Source of the DNA: Callorhinchus milii
Taxonomy: Eukaryota
DNA: 64,000 nt
Assembly: GCF_018977255.1 (NCBI RefSeq)
Contig: NW_024704743.1
Location: forward strand, 40,922,001 to 40,986,000
Direction: 5' to 3'
Shown here: positions 24,895 to 38,917 of the stretch, piece by piece
Numbering within the stretch: position 1 is the first letter of the stretch
How the letters are laid out: each line of letters starts with the position of its first letter
Made by a program: the position numbers and the translations under genes
The notes under the pieces: model-generated
Seen by the model: only the letters and a program-made list of their open reading frames with translations
What the model was told of the DNA's origin: nothing
Database searches by the model: none

Positions 24895-25500
24895 GACAAC
24901 AACAACAAATTACATTTATGTTGCACATATCACATAGTCCAATGTCACAGAGTGCTTTATAGACACAGGTTGGCACTGTGTAAGGGAGCGGGCGATGGGG
25001 AGATGGTCAAAGGCAGGTTTGAAGAGGTAAGATTTGAAGCTGGAGATAAAGATAGAAAGACACTGGGTGAGATGGAATCTTAGGGGCATAGGAACTCAAG
25101 GCTTGGCCAGTGTTGGTGGTTTGGAGAAGTTGGAGATGTGCAGCAAGCCCAAGTTTGTTGAACGGAGGGGAATGCAGATGAATAGAGCAGAAAAAGATTG
25201 GAGAAATAGGGAGATGCCAGGGAGAGGATTTGGAGGTGAGGGTGGGAACCTTGAAATCAATCAGCTTGAGGTACAAGAAACCAGTGGAGACTGGCAAGGA
25301 CTGAGATGATGGGTGATGGAGTTTGGTGCTGATCACAAGGGACAGCAAGTTCTGGCTGAGTTGTAGTTTGTGAATTGCTTGGTTGCTCCCAAGCTTGGGA
25401 ATAGGGTGATCAGAAACAAGTGCATTGCATACGTTTAGGCAGGATGTGCCAAAGGCATGAATAAGTGTTTCAGTGGTGTTGGGTGTGAAATAGTAAGTAG
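24895..25500 (-). mobile_element. Old L2 LINE 3' fragment
   Basis: (TTG)n tail, L2-like ORF2 remnants (AETLIHAF, IDFKVPTLTSKS). Confidence 0.75.
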
Positions 25501-27339
25501 AGTATATATATGATACTTCTTCTCAAGGAATAACATGAAAGAGCTGAAATCAATGTGGGGGCAGGTTTTGTGTGGCTGTGGAGGGAGTGGACTGGATGGA
25601 CTTATCTGAATGGTCTTATTTTGATCTATGCCTTTCAGGAATTAGCGAAGGTTTGCAACACCACAGGAGATCATTTCTTCCATTATGCCTTGGCAGGTAT
25701 TATCTCTTCAAACTTGACATAACAACACTACGCCCATCTTTCCACTCTTTCACCCCCATACAGAGAAAGGATCAGAAACCATGTGTGATTTTATTCCTTC
25801 CACCAAGTCACGTTTAAATCTAATTGTAGCTCTAATTGCTGATTTGGTAGAAATTAACACATCACTGACTCAATCTATGCATTGAATTAACTTCATGTGA
25901 CATTGGAGGAGCTGATTTGTTATGAAGTGACAGGGGGACAGGAGGATCAGAATGGAGCAGGAAAAATTGCACAGAATAAAACCGTGAAGATTTTAGTTGC
26001 TACCAACACATCTTTCTGTTTGCTGCCAGACAAGATTTCCAGTAAAAATAACACCAGATGGAACGTACAATATGAAACACTTAATCGCAACACTATACTT
26101 CAGCCTATTACCCTCGATAACCTGTTTAACCAGGTATCACTGCTATTGGGAAAACTGTCATCAGCAAAGCCAGAAGGCAACTGCAAGGAAACGAAAAGGT
26201 TTCTACTTTGTTGGTGAAAATATAAAAAAGTGTATAATTTGCATGTAATTTTTGCACCAAGCGTTGGAACTGAATAAACTAATGAGCAATCTATATTATG
26301 GTCAATTAACATAAAGATAAACAACTGCCTTAAATAGCAGCAGTGTTTCATAAAGAACAATTTCTTGCCAACCGGCAAATGATCCTTGCCACTCTCCTCC
26401 TCTCCGCATTGTGTTGCTGTTTCAATTTAATGCAATTTCTCCAACTGAAAAGGCAGGCAAGCGGCCAAGTATGGAACCACCAGCTATCTATTGAGAATTT
26501 CAATTTTACAAAGGCTTGGGACTGTAGGCGTTATCACCATCAGGTGACTATTAAAATGTTAGCAACATGCAATTTGAGTCACAATTTGATCTATCCGATT
26601 GGCATGCAATCAAATCCATTTATATGCAGATTTGAAAGAATCACATTTTTATCCCCATTTAATTTCTTCCTAACTCAATCAGTAAAATGTAATTTCTGTC
26701 ATGTTAAATTGGGTTCTGTGTATCTCTTTTTGCATGTCCTGACACACTTCAACATCAGTATTTTTCTGCTATAAACAGAGTAAATAATTTATCTGACACA
26801 GGGAAATGACCTTGTCATATTTTATTCTGTCAATCGTACAGTTATTAACAAATATTTGTTTTGCAACAGCTTGCATTTGCTTTGTTTACAATGTGTAATA
26901 AAATGTGAACTTTCAGACAAAATCATTTTACCTTTGTCTTCAGCACTATTTATAGAAGAATGGAAAAAAAGATAAAAATATAAGTTACATTATTACATTG
27001 TATTAAATGTTGAAATGCTTGTTTTGAAAGGGAATTTGATACTTAAAAAAGAGGACTACATTTAAAAAGGTTATAGAAGCGTAGGTTATAGTACACGGAG
27101 AGAGAGAGAGTAGGAAAGTAGGATTAGCTTTGGTGTCTCATGTGGAGAAAATCCTCTGTTTGAAACTGCATCTGACTGACACCTCCCTCCCCATTTTTGA
27201 AGCTCACTTTGAGACTCACTTCATTGACTGGGATTTCGACAACCCTTCACACTTCCATCCTCCTTTCGTATCTACTCATAACTATCAGGTAGAGGTGATG
27301 GTGTTTTGTATGTGATAAAAGTGGGTCAAAGCTTTTCAT

Positions 27340-27700
27340 ACAGTTCTACTATCTAGTATTCTCAGGTCAGATATAGCACAAGTAAAATCCAGTGTAAGTG
27401 ACCCTGTAACTCCCCTATATATATATAATAACTTCAGCCTCAATATAGCATCTCCTGCTTTGGGACTTTTATTCTTTTCCCACATCAACCATCCTCACAC
27501 TCTCAGAGTATGAGCCTTGGTCGAGTACCAATTAGAGATGAAAGATAGACAATTTTCAACTCTTTCATCCACCAGGACCGGTTAAACATTGCTCAAACTA
27601 ATCTTCCTACAGACACTTACAGCAAGCAGAGAAAGGTACATTACATCAGCTCAGATCAATTTGAATCCAGGTCTCAGTGATGAAAGGGCTGCACCACCCA
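27340..27700 (-). mobile_element. LF-SINE-like ancient SINE; second copy at ~36890-37245 (-)
   Basis: Heads read CCCTTTCATCACTGAGACCTGGATTCAAAT and GGGTTAGAATGCATTGCTTTTTACCTCTGGGACCAGTGTTTA; 3' part TGTGCTATATCTGACCTGAGAATA. The family assignment is from recalled LF-SINE motifs. Confidence 0.45.
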
Positions 27701-29334
27701 ATTCGTATGCTTTCACAGTTGATCAAGAGCCAGCACAGACACAATGGGCTGAAACGCCTCCTTCTGTGCTTTATAATTCTATGATTCTATGATGAAAATC
27801 TGCCTTTCAATTGCCTTGTAATTCATTCGTCCTCTGTTGCTTATACCAATTAGTTTAAATATTGAGGATATCCTAAGCAAGTTGGATGGATACTTAGAAA
27901 ATATTGCCATAGCTGTGGGTCGAATGTGCGTACATCAATACATGGTTTTCCTGTAGCTTTACTGACTGACAAATGCTACCATTGAAGAACGGTTAATACT
28001 TAATGAAACAAGAATAATTGGAAAAGCATAATCTGTTCCTGTGTGCGCCTTGAATAATACAGTCTGCTCTGTTAAATTCTTTTACCTTTGTATTCAGCAA
28101 TTTTTTTTAAAGAAATGAAAATATGGATAAAAATTAAAGAATTACTTTATTACATTGCATTACTATTGAAATGCTTCTTCTGAAAATAAATTAGATAGGT
28201 ACTTAAAAAAGAGCACTATAGTTCAAAGGCTTGTAGAAAAAAAGCTTATAGTACTTGGAGAGGTAGTAGGAGAGTGAAATTAGCTTTGTTGCCTCATGTG
28301 GAGAAAATCCCCAGGTTAGACTAAGTGGACAGAAATGGCTCCTTTCAATGCTCCTTTCAAAACATTTGCCTATGAAATTCTCAGTAAATCCTGTGAATGT
28401 TTGAGACTGTGTCATGATATTAAAGGCAGTACATCAAATGAAGATTATTTATTATTATTATAATTATATGATACTATGAACTGACGTCAAAAGCTGTGGC
28501 TAGGAACTTCTCAATTGATATATTTTGAATAATTCTCCAGTTTATTTACCTATCCTTGTACTAGTTTATTTGTTTTTAAGTCCCTTACACTTTTGTAGGT
28601 TTTGTTGAGGGGTTAAATGCCTGGAGAGTGCATGATAGGAATTATACTGATTTGCCCACTTCAAAGGTCAGGGGAGGGGTGTTCTTCTTAAACTGAACAA
28701 TCAGATGATTAATAAATTATAAGTGCAAGCTGTCGTTGTTCATATCTAACATGTTCCTGCTTGAAGAAATATATTTCGCACCAAACAAATTAGTAATTTT
28801 GTTAAATTTATGTCCCCTTCAAACAAATGATATAACATTATGTTCAATATTTGCATTCGGTCCTTTGTATGAGATGTTAACCAAAGTCCTTTCTGCCCGT
28901 TCAGGTGAACGTTAAAGATCCCAAGGCAGTATTCGAAAAGAGAAAGGAGTTTCTCCCTGTTTCCTGGCCAACAAACTCCCAAAATATAATTGGCTATTCA
29001 CTTCATGGTTGTTTGTGGGACATTGCTGTATATAAATTGGCTACTGTATTCACTTACAAAATACACAGTTACTATACTTTGTAGTAAAATACTGTAAAGT
29101 GTTGTGGGATATTGTCACAACATAAAATGTGCAGGACAGGGTTGGACACCGAGCAAGTAAGAAGAGGAAGAGGAAAGAGGGAGGTGGCTGCAGGCATAGT
29201 TAAAGAGGTTTTAGTGTCCTCCTTTGTAAAACAAAATCCAACTGGGTGTATACCGAATTTCAATTGAGGATCAAGCAAGCACTGAATGCTTCTATAACCT
29301 TGATATAATAAGAATAATTTTCCTTGTATTTGAA

Positions 29335-29653
29335 ATAATAATAATAATAATCCTTGCATTTTGATATAGCGCTTTTCACGTCGGGAGGACGTCCCAAAGC
29401 GCTTCACAGAGTAGACTGTAAATTGAATTGACTGTATATTTGTGGGCGAACGCGGCAGCCAATTGCGCACAGCAATGTCCCACAAACAGTCGTAGATTGA
29501 AAATGACCAATTTATTATTGTTTTTAGTTTTGGAGGGATTATTATTAGGCGTGTGGAGTAAGGAAACTTGCCCAAGGTTTCGCCCTGCCTGGAATTGAAC
29601 TCAGGTCTCTCGCTTGCAAAGCGAGTGGTCTAACCACTGAGCTACAGGACTCC
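29335..29653 (-). mobile_element. Young family B SINE, deleted form
   Basis: Intact tRNA-Ala-like head, CpGs retained, hairpin tail AGCGCTTTGGGACGTCCTCCCGACGTGAAAAGCGCT, (ATT)n end. Confidence 0.92.
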
Positions 29654-29739
29654 ACAAATACCACATTATCACATCTTTGAGATGTTGAAGCTAGTTTTAA
29701 TTCTAGATGCAGCCAAGTGCTTGCCATGCCCCAATCTAC

Positions 29740-30430
29740 CTTCACCCACTTCTGCAACATCGCCTGACTCTGCCATTGCCTCTTCCCTCAAGCTGCCGAA
29801 ACCCTCATCCATGCATTTATTACATTCAGGCTTAACTAAGTCAACTCCCTGCTTATCAGCCTTCTCAACTACTCCCTCCATGGCCTTGCTCCTTCCTACC
29901 TGTGTGACCTGCTAACATCAATCAACTTGTCTGCTCTCTCCACTCAGCAGACTCTGGACTGCTCCATATCCCCCGCCCAGCGCCACATCATTTATTGCCG
30001 GTCGGGCCTACAGCCTCACTACTCCCACCCATTGGAACTCCATCCCTCAGTACCTTTGCCTCGCTCCCTCCCTTGCCTCCTTCAAGGCATGTCTTAAGAA
30101 CCTCCTCTTCGACCGCCTTTGGCCACACTCCTACATTTACCCTCCCTGCCCTCGAACACTTCTGATCCCAAACACATTCTCAGGTCCAAATCCCTGACTA
30201 TCCAGAGCCTTGGGACGTGCTCCCGACATGAAAGGTGCTATACAAATGTAATTTTTTATTGTTATTTATTGTACAATTCAACATAAAATTACATTTGTAT
30301 AGTGCCTTTCACATCGGGAGGATATCCCAAGGCGCTGGACAGACAGGCATTTGGACCCAAACTGTGGGTCAGGATCGGGGAGGGTGGAGGGCAGGGAGGG
30401 TAGGATGGTGGCCAAAGGCACGGTCGAAGA
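29740..30430. mobile_element. Tail-to-tail L2 fragments (+ 29740-30265; - 30278-30430)
   Basis: Both end in the CTCCC-loop hairpin tail; ORF2 remnants (AAETLIHAFITFRL, WNSIPQYLCLAPSLASFKACLK). Confidence 0.8.
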
Positions 30431-30501
30431 GGAGTAGTGTAAATATTGTAATCTGTGGAGCAATGCCTATTTGACAATATGCAAACCATGTACTGTAACT
30501 T

Positions 30502-30955
30502 ATTAATAATAATAATAAACCTTGCATTTGATATAGTGCCTAATTATGTCATTGATATGTCTCAAATCGCTTCACAGGATATTGTAAAGTGGATTGACCA
30601 TGTATTTGATAGGCAAAACATGGCAGCTAGTTGTGCACAACAATGTCCCACAAACAAGCATGGAGTGAGTGACCAATTTTATTCGGGGGATTGTTGGTCA
30701 GGACACCAGGACAAACTCCCTTTGCTTTTCGAATAGTGCCATGAATCTTTAACATCCACCTAAATAGGCAGATGGGATCAAAGGATAATAATAATAATAA
30801 TAATCCTTGCATTTGATATAGCGCTTTTCACGTCGGCACCTCTGACAACTCAACACTGCATTGGAGTGTCAGGCTTATACCAAGTCCTCACGTGGGGATT
30901 GAACTAACAACCATCTGACTCAAACTCATGAGTTTTACCGCTGAGTCAGGCTGAA
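30502..30955 (-). mobile_element. Family A SINE with a ~50-bp young tail stub inserted at ~30785-30835
   Basis: Deu core and head are separated by CCGACGTGAAAAGCGCTATATCAAATGCAAGG(ATT)n. Confidence 0.8.
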
Positions 30956-31489
30956 GCTGCTGATACTGTGGACAAGGAGAATTTTGTTACTTTTGGTCTC
31001 ACAAATATTATCAAAAAGGATGGTGAGCATTAGAACTATAGAACCATAGAAATTCATGGCATAGAAGATGACCATTCATCCCATTAGGTCCACGCCAGCT
31101 CCATCAAGAGCAATCATTTCAAACCCCTTTCCCTGTAACTCTGCAGCTGACACGTTTAAGATGTTGGTCTAGTTCCCTCTTGAAGGCCAATATGGATTTT
31201 TGTCAGCACAGCATTCCGTAGCCTATCTGTACATGAAATACTTTCTCCTAACCTTTCCATTTGATCGTTTACTGTTTTAAATTCACTTCTCCTAGTTACT
31301 GACCAGTGGAAATAATTTTTCCAATTGACTCTATCAACCCTCTCATAATTTTAAAGAGCTCTATTACGTCACTCCTCAATCTTAGTTTGACTGTAGATAC
31401 AAAAAAGGGTTGGATATTGAAAGAGTTGCCCAAGGCAAAATGTTGCTTAACTCTATGGCATTTTGTTGCCCATCTGAACATGATCTATT

Positions 31490-32145
31490 CTGCCTTGCCG
31501 CATCTCCGCAACATTGCTCACCTCCGCCACTACCTCTCCCCACTGGCTGCTGAGACCCTTATCCATTCTTTCATTGTGTTCAGGTTTGACTATCCTAATT
31601 CTCTGCTTGTCGGACTTCCCAATTCTTGCCTCCACAAGATGCAGAACTCTGCAGCTTGTGGCTTCTTCTGCATAAAGCTCTGTGAGCCAATCAAGCCCAC
31701 CCTTGTCCAGCCTCCCATCTCCCAGAGGATCAAGTTTAAGATCTTCATCCTGATTTATAAAGCCCTCCTCAGTCTTGCTCCTCCCGACCTCTGCGACCTA
31801 CTAAAACCATACAAACCTGCCCGCTCCCTCTGCACGGTAGGCCTGTTCCACGTCCCCTGTTCTGTCCATCCGACCATGGGTGAGCAGACCTTCAGGTTTC
31901 CTGGCCCCTCCCTGTGGAACTCCATCCCCAACCCCCTCCACCTCATCCCCTCTCGTCCCCTTCAAGGCCCATCTCAAGGCTTTCCTCTTTGAGCATGCCT
32001 TTGATCATCCTCCCACCCCCACCTCCCTTGCCCTCCACCTCTCTTGCACCTGCCCAGGTGCAAACCCTTGACTGTTTATCACCTTAGGACATCTTCCTGA
32101 TATGAAAGGCGCTATACAAATGTAATTTTGTATTGTATTGTTGTA
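31490..32145 (+). mobile_element. L2 LINE 3' fragment (explains most of the 228-aa ORF 31306-31992); CR1 minus-strand remnant at ~31035-31385
   Basis: HLRNIAHLRHYLSPLAAETLIHSFIVFRFDYPNSLLVGLP...QRIKFKIFILIYKAL...LWNSIP; L2 tail at ~32080-32145. Confidence 0.9.
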
Positions 32146-33396
32146 CCTTGGTGGCTTTCCAAAATCTCCAACCCTTATCCAATAGTCAGACCAATCTTGG
32201 TGGCTCAATTTGGCACTGTAAGTTATGTATGTTGCAAATTAGAACCCAATATCACAGGCCAGAAGAAAGATAAACACTTAATAAATGGTAAGAAACAATA
32301 CAGAAGCTGAACCACTTGAAAGCACTGAGAGACACTGGATAGATAACGTAGCCTTTTGAAGCCTGAAAAGATGATTTTATTGCAGTTTAATTATGCTGTG
32401 CAGTGAATATTTAGAGAGTGTGTATCAATTTCCAAATAGCAATGTAAGCAAACCTAGTGTTTACTTTAGATTACAAACTGCTGATCCGTGTCATAATATT
32501 TGTGTTTCAGAAAGACTTGATAATATGGAGGAAAAGCAAGCAGTACTAGTAGCACATGGTGTTATTGTTCAAATAGTAAAGGCATAGCATAGACAGTATT
32601 CCAGATAGTGGGGACAAAATGCTCGCGAAAGAGAACAGCTGTGAGACTGCTGGGAATAAAAACGATGCTAAACTGTAACAGGCACTTTTTGAAGTCTTTT
32701 TCAAACTAAGAAGGAAGGCATGCATTTAAGAGCAAGCTAGACATACACACAAGGGCGAAGGGAATAGAGCAGTGTGGGAGGGAGTAAAGACTGTGTGGAG
32801 ACTCATGTGGAGTATAAACACCAATATGGAATGGATGGATTAAATGACCTGTTTCTATGCTGTGCAGTCTATGTAAATCTATGTAACGGTTTGAGACAAG
32901 GACTTTAAGGATGCCACTGTCAATGCTACGTTGATTATTTATTTATTAGCTGAAGATATACCATTGTGGAAGACACAACCTGCTGATTTCTTCACTCCCC
33001 GTCCTCCTCAAAATACTTGTTATTTGAATGGCTTTTCCGAGAAGGAAGAGCTGAGCAGGAATGACAGCACTTTCTCATCTCACTCTGGCAGTCTAGTATG
33101 GTGTCTAGAATAATCAGGTCATCAGCCTTAAATTTCATGAAATTAAATATTTAGTTTTCCTCACACTTGCTAGCTTGGCCATTTGATCTGGATAAAGCTG
33201 AAGCAAAGTTAAACTAAGAGAACCAAAAAAAGCATTTTTAGAACACCTTATCGCAGAAATTGTCTCAAAGCTAATTACTGTAAGTATACAGTGATTTTTT
33301 TTAGGCACACAACCATTTAGCACACAGCAACATTCAACAAATAGGCATGAGGTACCATAAAAGTAGAATTCGGAGATTGAAATGTGCTGCATTTAC

Positions 33397-33691
33397 CTGC
33401 TGGAGACATTTCAGGAACACTGGCAGTATAGGGTCCATCGAGAAACTTTGGCTCATTATCATTAATATCCTGAACCTTGATGATGAACTCAGATTGAGGC
33501 TCCAGAGGTTTACTTGTCTCTGTGTCCACAGCCTGTGCACTTAGAACATAGTAAGACTTTTCTTCACGGTTCAGGCTCCTGATAGCATGAATATCTCCTG
33601 TTATCTCATCAATGGTGAAAATGGTGCCAGCTCCTTGACCCAAGAGGGTGTACTTTACAGCACCATCACCATTATCCAAGTCAGAATGCAA
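33397..33691 (-). CDS. CDH12: Cadherin-12-like coding exon 2 (EC1 and start of EC2), 295 nt
   Basis: Acceptor ttttcctag|TTG at 33692/33691; [16 protein letters not shown]...[12 protein letters not shown]...[27 protein letters not shown](G); DxNDN motif; donor GCAG|GTAAAT at 33397/33396, phase 1. Confidence 0.95.
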
Positions 33692-35564
33692 CTAGGAAAA
33701 CAGAGAGAAAGCAAACTATTATTTACAGAATAATGGTAAAACAACAACATAATAAGAGTAATCCTTGCATTTAATATACATTTTTCACATCAGTAGGACA
33801 TCTCAAAGCACTTCACTGGATTTACTGTAAAATGTAAAATTTAGCCACTATTTATCTTGTAGGCAGCAAATATAATGGTTAAAAAGCTCACAACAGAAAA
33901 GTAGTAATGTTAACTTGCTGTAAAAAGTTCATGAGAACGTAAACTGAATCTCTTCCAAAAAACCTTATGTATGTTATACTGACACATGAGAACTCTGCTC
34001 TAAAAGGATTCCCTGCAGTAGATTCACTTTATGAGCTGGGAATTCTTCCCTTTCACATGCTTCTTACACTGCTATTTCCTTGATCATCCCTTTAGTTGCA
34101 ATGATAACCTTTAAAAATTAGATATTTAACAATTTGGACTATAAAATCAAATTGAAACACTACAAATAACCGTTTCTTTGTTGACTTCTCTCAGAACTAT
34201 TTGAAGAACTGTAGACTTTGCATTTCCAAACAAAAAATCCACGATGCTCTGGAAGTCTAAAAAGAAAATTGGAAAAGATGGTTCTCTGCAATAATAAGTG
34301 TGGTTTTCAAAGAAAACACGTGAAATGCAATTTAAAGACTGTAATAGAGAACTAACCCAATGTTCAGATCATCGGATAATCAATTTTTGCTCGTGCCATC
34401 CCACTTATTAATACATTTAGTATTTGCAAATGTGTGACTATGTCCTGTAAGCTATGGTTCCAATGGATATCGCAGTCAGTTATTTATTCCATCTGTAAAG
34501 AAGATCCATTGAAGATATGATTCAAATTTACATTTATATAGTGTCTTTCAGGTCAGGAAGGCATCCCCAAGTATTTATATAGTGGTGAAGCAAGCCCACA
34601 AACAGGAAATTTAAAGATGCAAACGTGGTCAGTTAAGTTAATGATATGAAATTACTACTCGGAAAGGAATTGTTTCTCCCAGTGTCCTGGCCAACAATCC
34701 CACAAATAAAATTGGTCATTCACCTCATGGCTATTTGTGTAAAATTGCTGTGTGCACATTGGCTGCCGTGTTCACCTGAAACAATACTCTTACACTATTC
34801 TTTACGATGTATTCTGTGAAGCTCTTTGAAATGTCTTACCAACATGAAAAGCACTATATCAGACATAAGAATTAGGTCCAAATTAAAGAAAGATAGGGGG
34901 AAAAAGTCAAATAAGAAGAAATATGATTTCATTGCCTTTTTGGGTCAATAATTCTCTGAAATGTTTTAATATGATGCTATGTCAAACAGTTAATTCAAAG
35001 AAATATTGTTTTGAAAGACAGTTTGTGATGAGTGGTTCGTGAATAATTTAGAGGGAGAAAACTACAGTGATGCAGTTGCTGATGTAGCACCATTGAATTG
35101 TCAATCAAGTCCAGTGCAAGAGTCTTCATGCTGCAAGGGATAAGGTGTCTGCTATAATAAAAAATATATTCAGTGACAAGGATGACAATGTTTGAGTGGA
35201 GTTTTAGCTAAGTGGCTCCTAGCAGAAAACTCATCAAAACTAACAAAGACCCTTCAATGGAACAGTCCTAGACCACTTGCATGTTTCCATTTGGTGCATT
35301 TTAAAATGTTTTGAATTGCAAAAGGAGATCAGATGGTAATAATAATAATTCTTGCATTTGATAAAGCACCTTATCACGTCTTTGAAACATCTCAAAGCAC
35401 TTCACAAAATATACTATAAAGTGAATTGACTGTATATTTTGTGGGCAAAAATATAGAAATCCCAATGTGTTTGTTTATATCTGTAAGTGTTTCTCAACAA
35501 AATGTTATTAGACTTGGTAACTGCAAGTATGGTGCATGTTTGTTATTCTTATGGAACTCTGAAC

Positions 35565-36310
35565 AACAGCAACAAAATAAAATTTGAGTGCCCATTATGT
35601 CGGGAGGATGTCCCAAGGCATTGGACAATCAATGTTTCGGACCTGAGCCGTAGGTCGGGTTAGGGGAGGGTGGAGAGCTGGAGGGAAGGAGGGTGACCGA
35701 AGACATGGTCAAAGAGGAGGGTCTTGAGATGAGTCTTGAAAGAGGCAAGGGAGGGAACAAAGTGGGGGGTCGGCCGGATGGATTTCCAGAGGGTGGGAGC
35801 AGATCGGCAGAAGGCCCGCCCGCCAATGGTGGGGCGGGCGAGGTGGGGGACGTGAAGCAGGCTGGAACCTGCTGAGCAGAGGGAGAGTGTAGGTTGGTAG
35901 GGGCTTAGGAGGTCGCAGAGGTAGGGGGAAGCAAGGCCATGGAGGGCTTTGAAGGTGAGGACCAGGATCTTGAAATGTATCCTCCGTATGATGGGAAGCC
36001 AGTAGAGTCAAGCGAGTATGGGGGTGATAGGGTCATGAAGCCTGGTGTGGACAAGAGCTGCAGAGTTCTGGATGATCTGGAGCATGTGGAGTGAGGAGTT
36101 GGGGAGGCTGACAAGCAGGGACTTTGTGTAGTTGTGCCTGGATGTTATGAATGCATGCATGAGGGTCTCGGCGGCCTGCGGTGTGAGACAGTAGCATAGC
36201 CGGGCAATGTTGCGGAGGTGGCGGAAGGCAGAGCGGGACATGGCATTGATGTAGAAAGATTAATTGAGGGTCAAACAAGACACAAAGGTTCCGGATTGGC
36301 TTAGTAAGGT
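35565..36310 (-). mobile_element. L2 LINE 3' fragment
   Basis: IRNLCVLFDPQLIF / AFRHLRNIARLCYCLTPQAAETLMHAFITSR...QIIQNSAA; frameshifted; hairpin tail. Confidence 0.9.
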
Positions 36311-38917
36311 GAAGTGTGCATCCTTGTATGGTGATATTGTCAGTGCCTGTGTTAACAATGCAGTTAACACAGGAATTAAAGTTATTTGTCATGTTTTATC
36401 AACGACAATCACATTACAGTGGCGCACAACACAAGACCGATGTTCACAAATAGGTCATTCTTTCACAAAATTCCAATGGCACTCAATACCATGTTTTATT
36501 TGACTACACTTCAGTTATCTGCAAATATTTTATTGGGTGAAAAGAGCCATTTGCGATATAATGGTTAACAAACATGTGACAATCCACTCATGGAGATGCC
36601 CAGTCGATGCCTGTTATGGGAACTTCCCCCCACCCTCCAACACGCCTCAACTTTATTTAATTGATTTCATTCAAAAGCTAGTTACTTTTGCTGGCAATGT
36701 CTGTGTTCCTGCCATCACACTGATCCCTGCATTTTAGTGCCGGTTTGTTGAATGCCAACTTTACACGAGTTAAAAAAGAATGGAGATTCCCAGATTGGTT
36801 CACAAACCACATTTTTCACCCTTATATTTTTAAACATTTTGGGGGTAGAGGTTAACTTTTGTGCTCATGATAAGGTTTGGGATATTTGACCTGGAGACTA
36901 GAACATTTTCATACTTTGAAACAAAGATCGTTTTACTCCAGCTCAATTCAACCACAAGATCAGCACACTGGCTGCTGCACAAGTATAACAGTTCTATTAT
37001 GCACACCAGCCATCTCTGTAATCTCTCTGAACAAGATTGCTAATTTATTATCAATTAAGTGCCAAATTGTGGGCAGTTTGCAGTATAGACTTGCACCCAG
37101 TGGGATTGAATCTGCCTGAACTAATTTCACTTAGACTCCCTCTAGGCATCTGAGAGAAAGAATACTTTGGTTCTACCATTCTAGATGAGACATAAACACT
37201 GGTCCCAGAGGTAAAAAGCAATGCATTCTAACCCATGCATGCCCCAATATTAAGTGGTCACATTATATTTTAAGTAGGAACAGATTGTCATCCCATTTTC
37301 TCTCATCTGTTCTCAACTTGGACAAAAAACACTGTTATGAAGACTAAAAGCTTAATTCTGGCAAAATATATTCACATTCTAAAGCAGAATGCATGTGGTT
37401 GTGTGTGTATGTGTGAGTGCATGTGTTATATACAACAAAATAATCATCCTTGCATTTAATATAGCACTCCACCATGTCGTTGAGATATCTCATAGTGCAG
37501 GAATTATTATGAACTGCAGAGACTGCATTTGTAGACAAACTGCAGCCAGTTAACATGCAGTTATGTCTTACAAAGAGCTATGAAGTGAATGACCAAATTT
37601 ATCTGGGACTTTGTTGATCATAGTAAGAATAAATAATAAATTGGCATGTTTTTGGCAAGTTTATTCTGTAAACAAAATATGTACTCAATTATCATTACAG
37701 TAGAATAAATAACAATAAGAAATGACTTTGTAAATTAATAACATTAACCTGAATGTGAACTTATCAGCTGCTGCAGGCACCACCTAACAATGCTCATGAA
37801 TGAAATTCTGGCAGAGATATTTCAATGAGCATTATAGAGCACATCTGTATAAACGCTGTAGTATTAAAGGAGATTATAGAATGCTCACACTACCTCCAAA
37901 TTCAAAATCTGTCAACAAGCTTTGATGTCTACTTGTCAACCAAATCTTAGTCTGGCTTGTAAAAACATCAATAACTGGGTTAAAATGGTGAAAGAAATAA
38001 TGCATGTTATTTATTATTATTTTTATTTAGAGATGATGTTTTATTTATGTGTTTTCTCCATTGCCATTCAGAGTCTCTCCAAAGCAGGCACCTTCCTGGC
38101 CAAGTTGACAGATTGGAGATCTGATGGCAGCATCTGTGAATGTTGCACTGTGGATAGGTGCCAGTAATTGCAGGACAGCAATCCATGATCGCAGGCTTTG
38201 GGATTTTCATTTTGTGTTCCCTGAGGGAAGTGCCTGGCTTCTACTTGGCACCAGCTCCTGATGCCAAAGTTAAGACACGGAACTCGCTGTGTGCCCCATC
38301 TGCATGCATATGATATAGAGAAATTGTGGGCCCTGAGATAAGTTCATGTCTGAACACTACATCAGGTTGAAATTCAACCCTGCATTGCTGATGTTAAACC
38401 GCTTGACCAGCAGAACAACCTTAGTATTGATCTACTGCTGAAGGGCAGGCGATTCCTTTGGAATCAGCATTTATTTCGTTCCAGATTGTTATACTTGGCA
38501 TTATTATGCATAATTATTGCATTCAGCCAACCTATAATTCAGGGGATAAATTATACATGAGGGAAGGAGAATAGGGAAGTGCCTGTGGCTCCTGTGGAGT
38601 ATAAAGATCAGAACGGACGAGTTTGGCCAAATGGCCTGTTTTGGTGCTGTACAGTCTAAATAAATTTGTAGAGATCTAATTCACAACACAGGTAATGTGA
38701 AAAACATCTTTCATTCAGATCAGAGCTGAACAGCTAATTCTTATTCTTGGTGTTCATTACTACTGGCTCTCAGATTATAATGATAACTGAATAATATGTT
38801 CTATAATTATGGTTTATTTGTACATTAATAATGACATCTTATTTCATCAGCATGCAAAACAAATTCAACTATCGACTGATTAAAAATCTAATAGAACAAT
38901 GGATGGTGGGGATGTTT

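Noticed and set aside
25897..26774. Plus-strand ORFs of 106 and 143 aa in a repeat-poor intronic stretch
   Set aside because: GTG starts, no recognisable domain or splice structure; consistent with chance ORFs. The stretch could still be conserved non-coding DNA, but that cannot be shown from sequence alone.
31306..31992. Longest ORF in the track (228 aa) as a novel gene
   Set aside because: It is an antisense CR1 remnant fused to an L2 ORF2 C-terminal fragment. The ORFs at 13680-14117, 18915-19436, 29072-29575, 36008-36241 and 42500-42919 are likewise repeat-derived.
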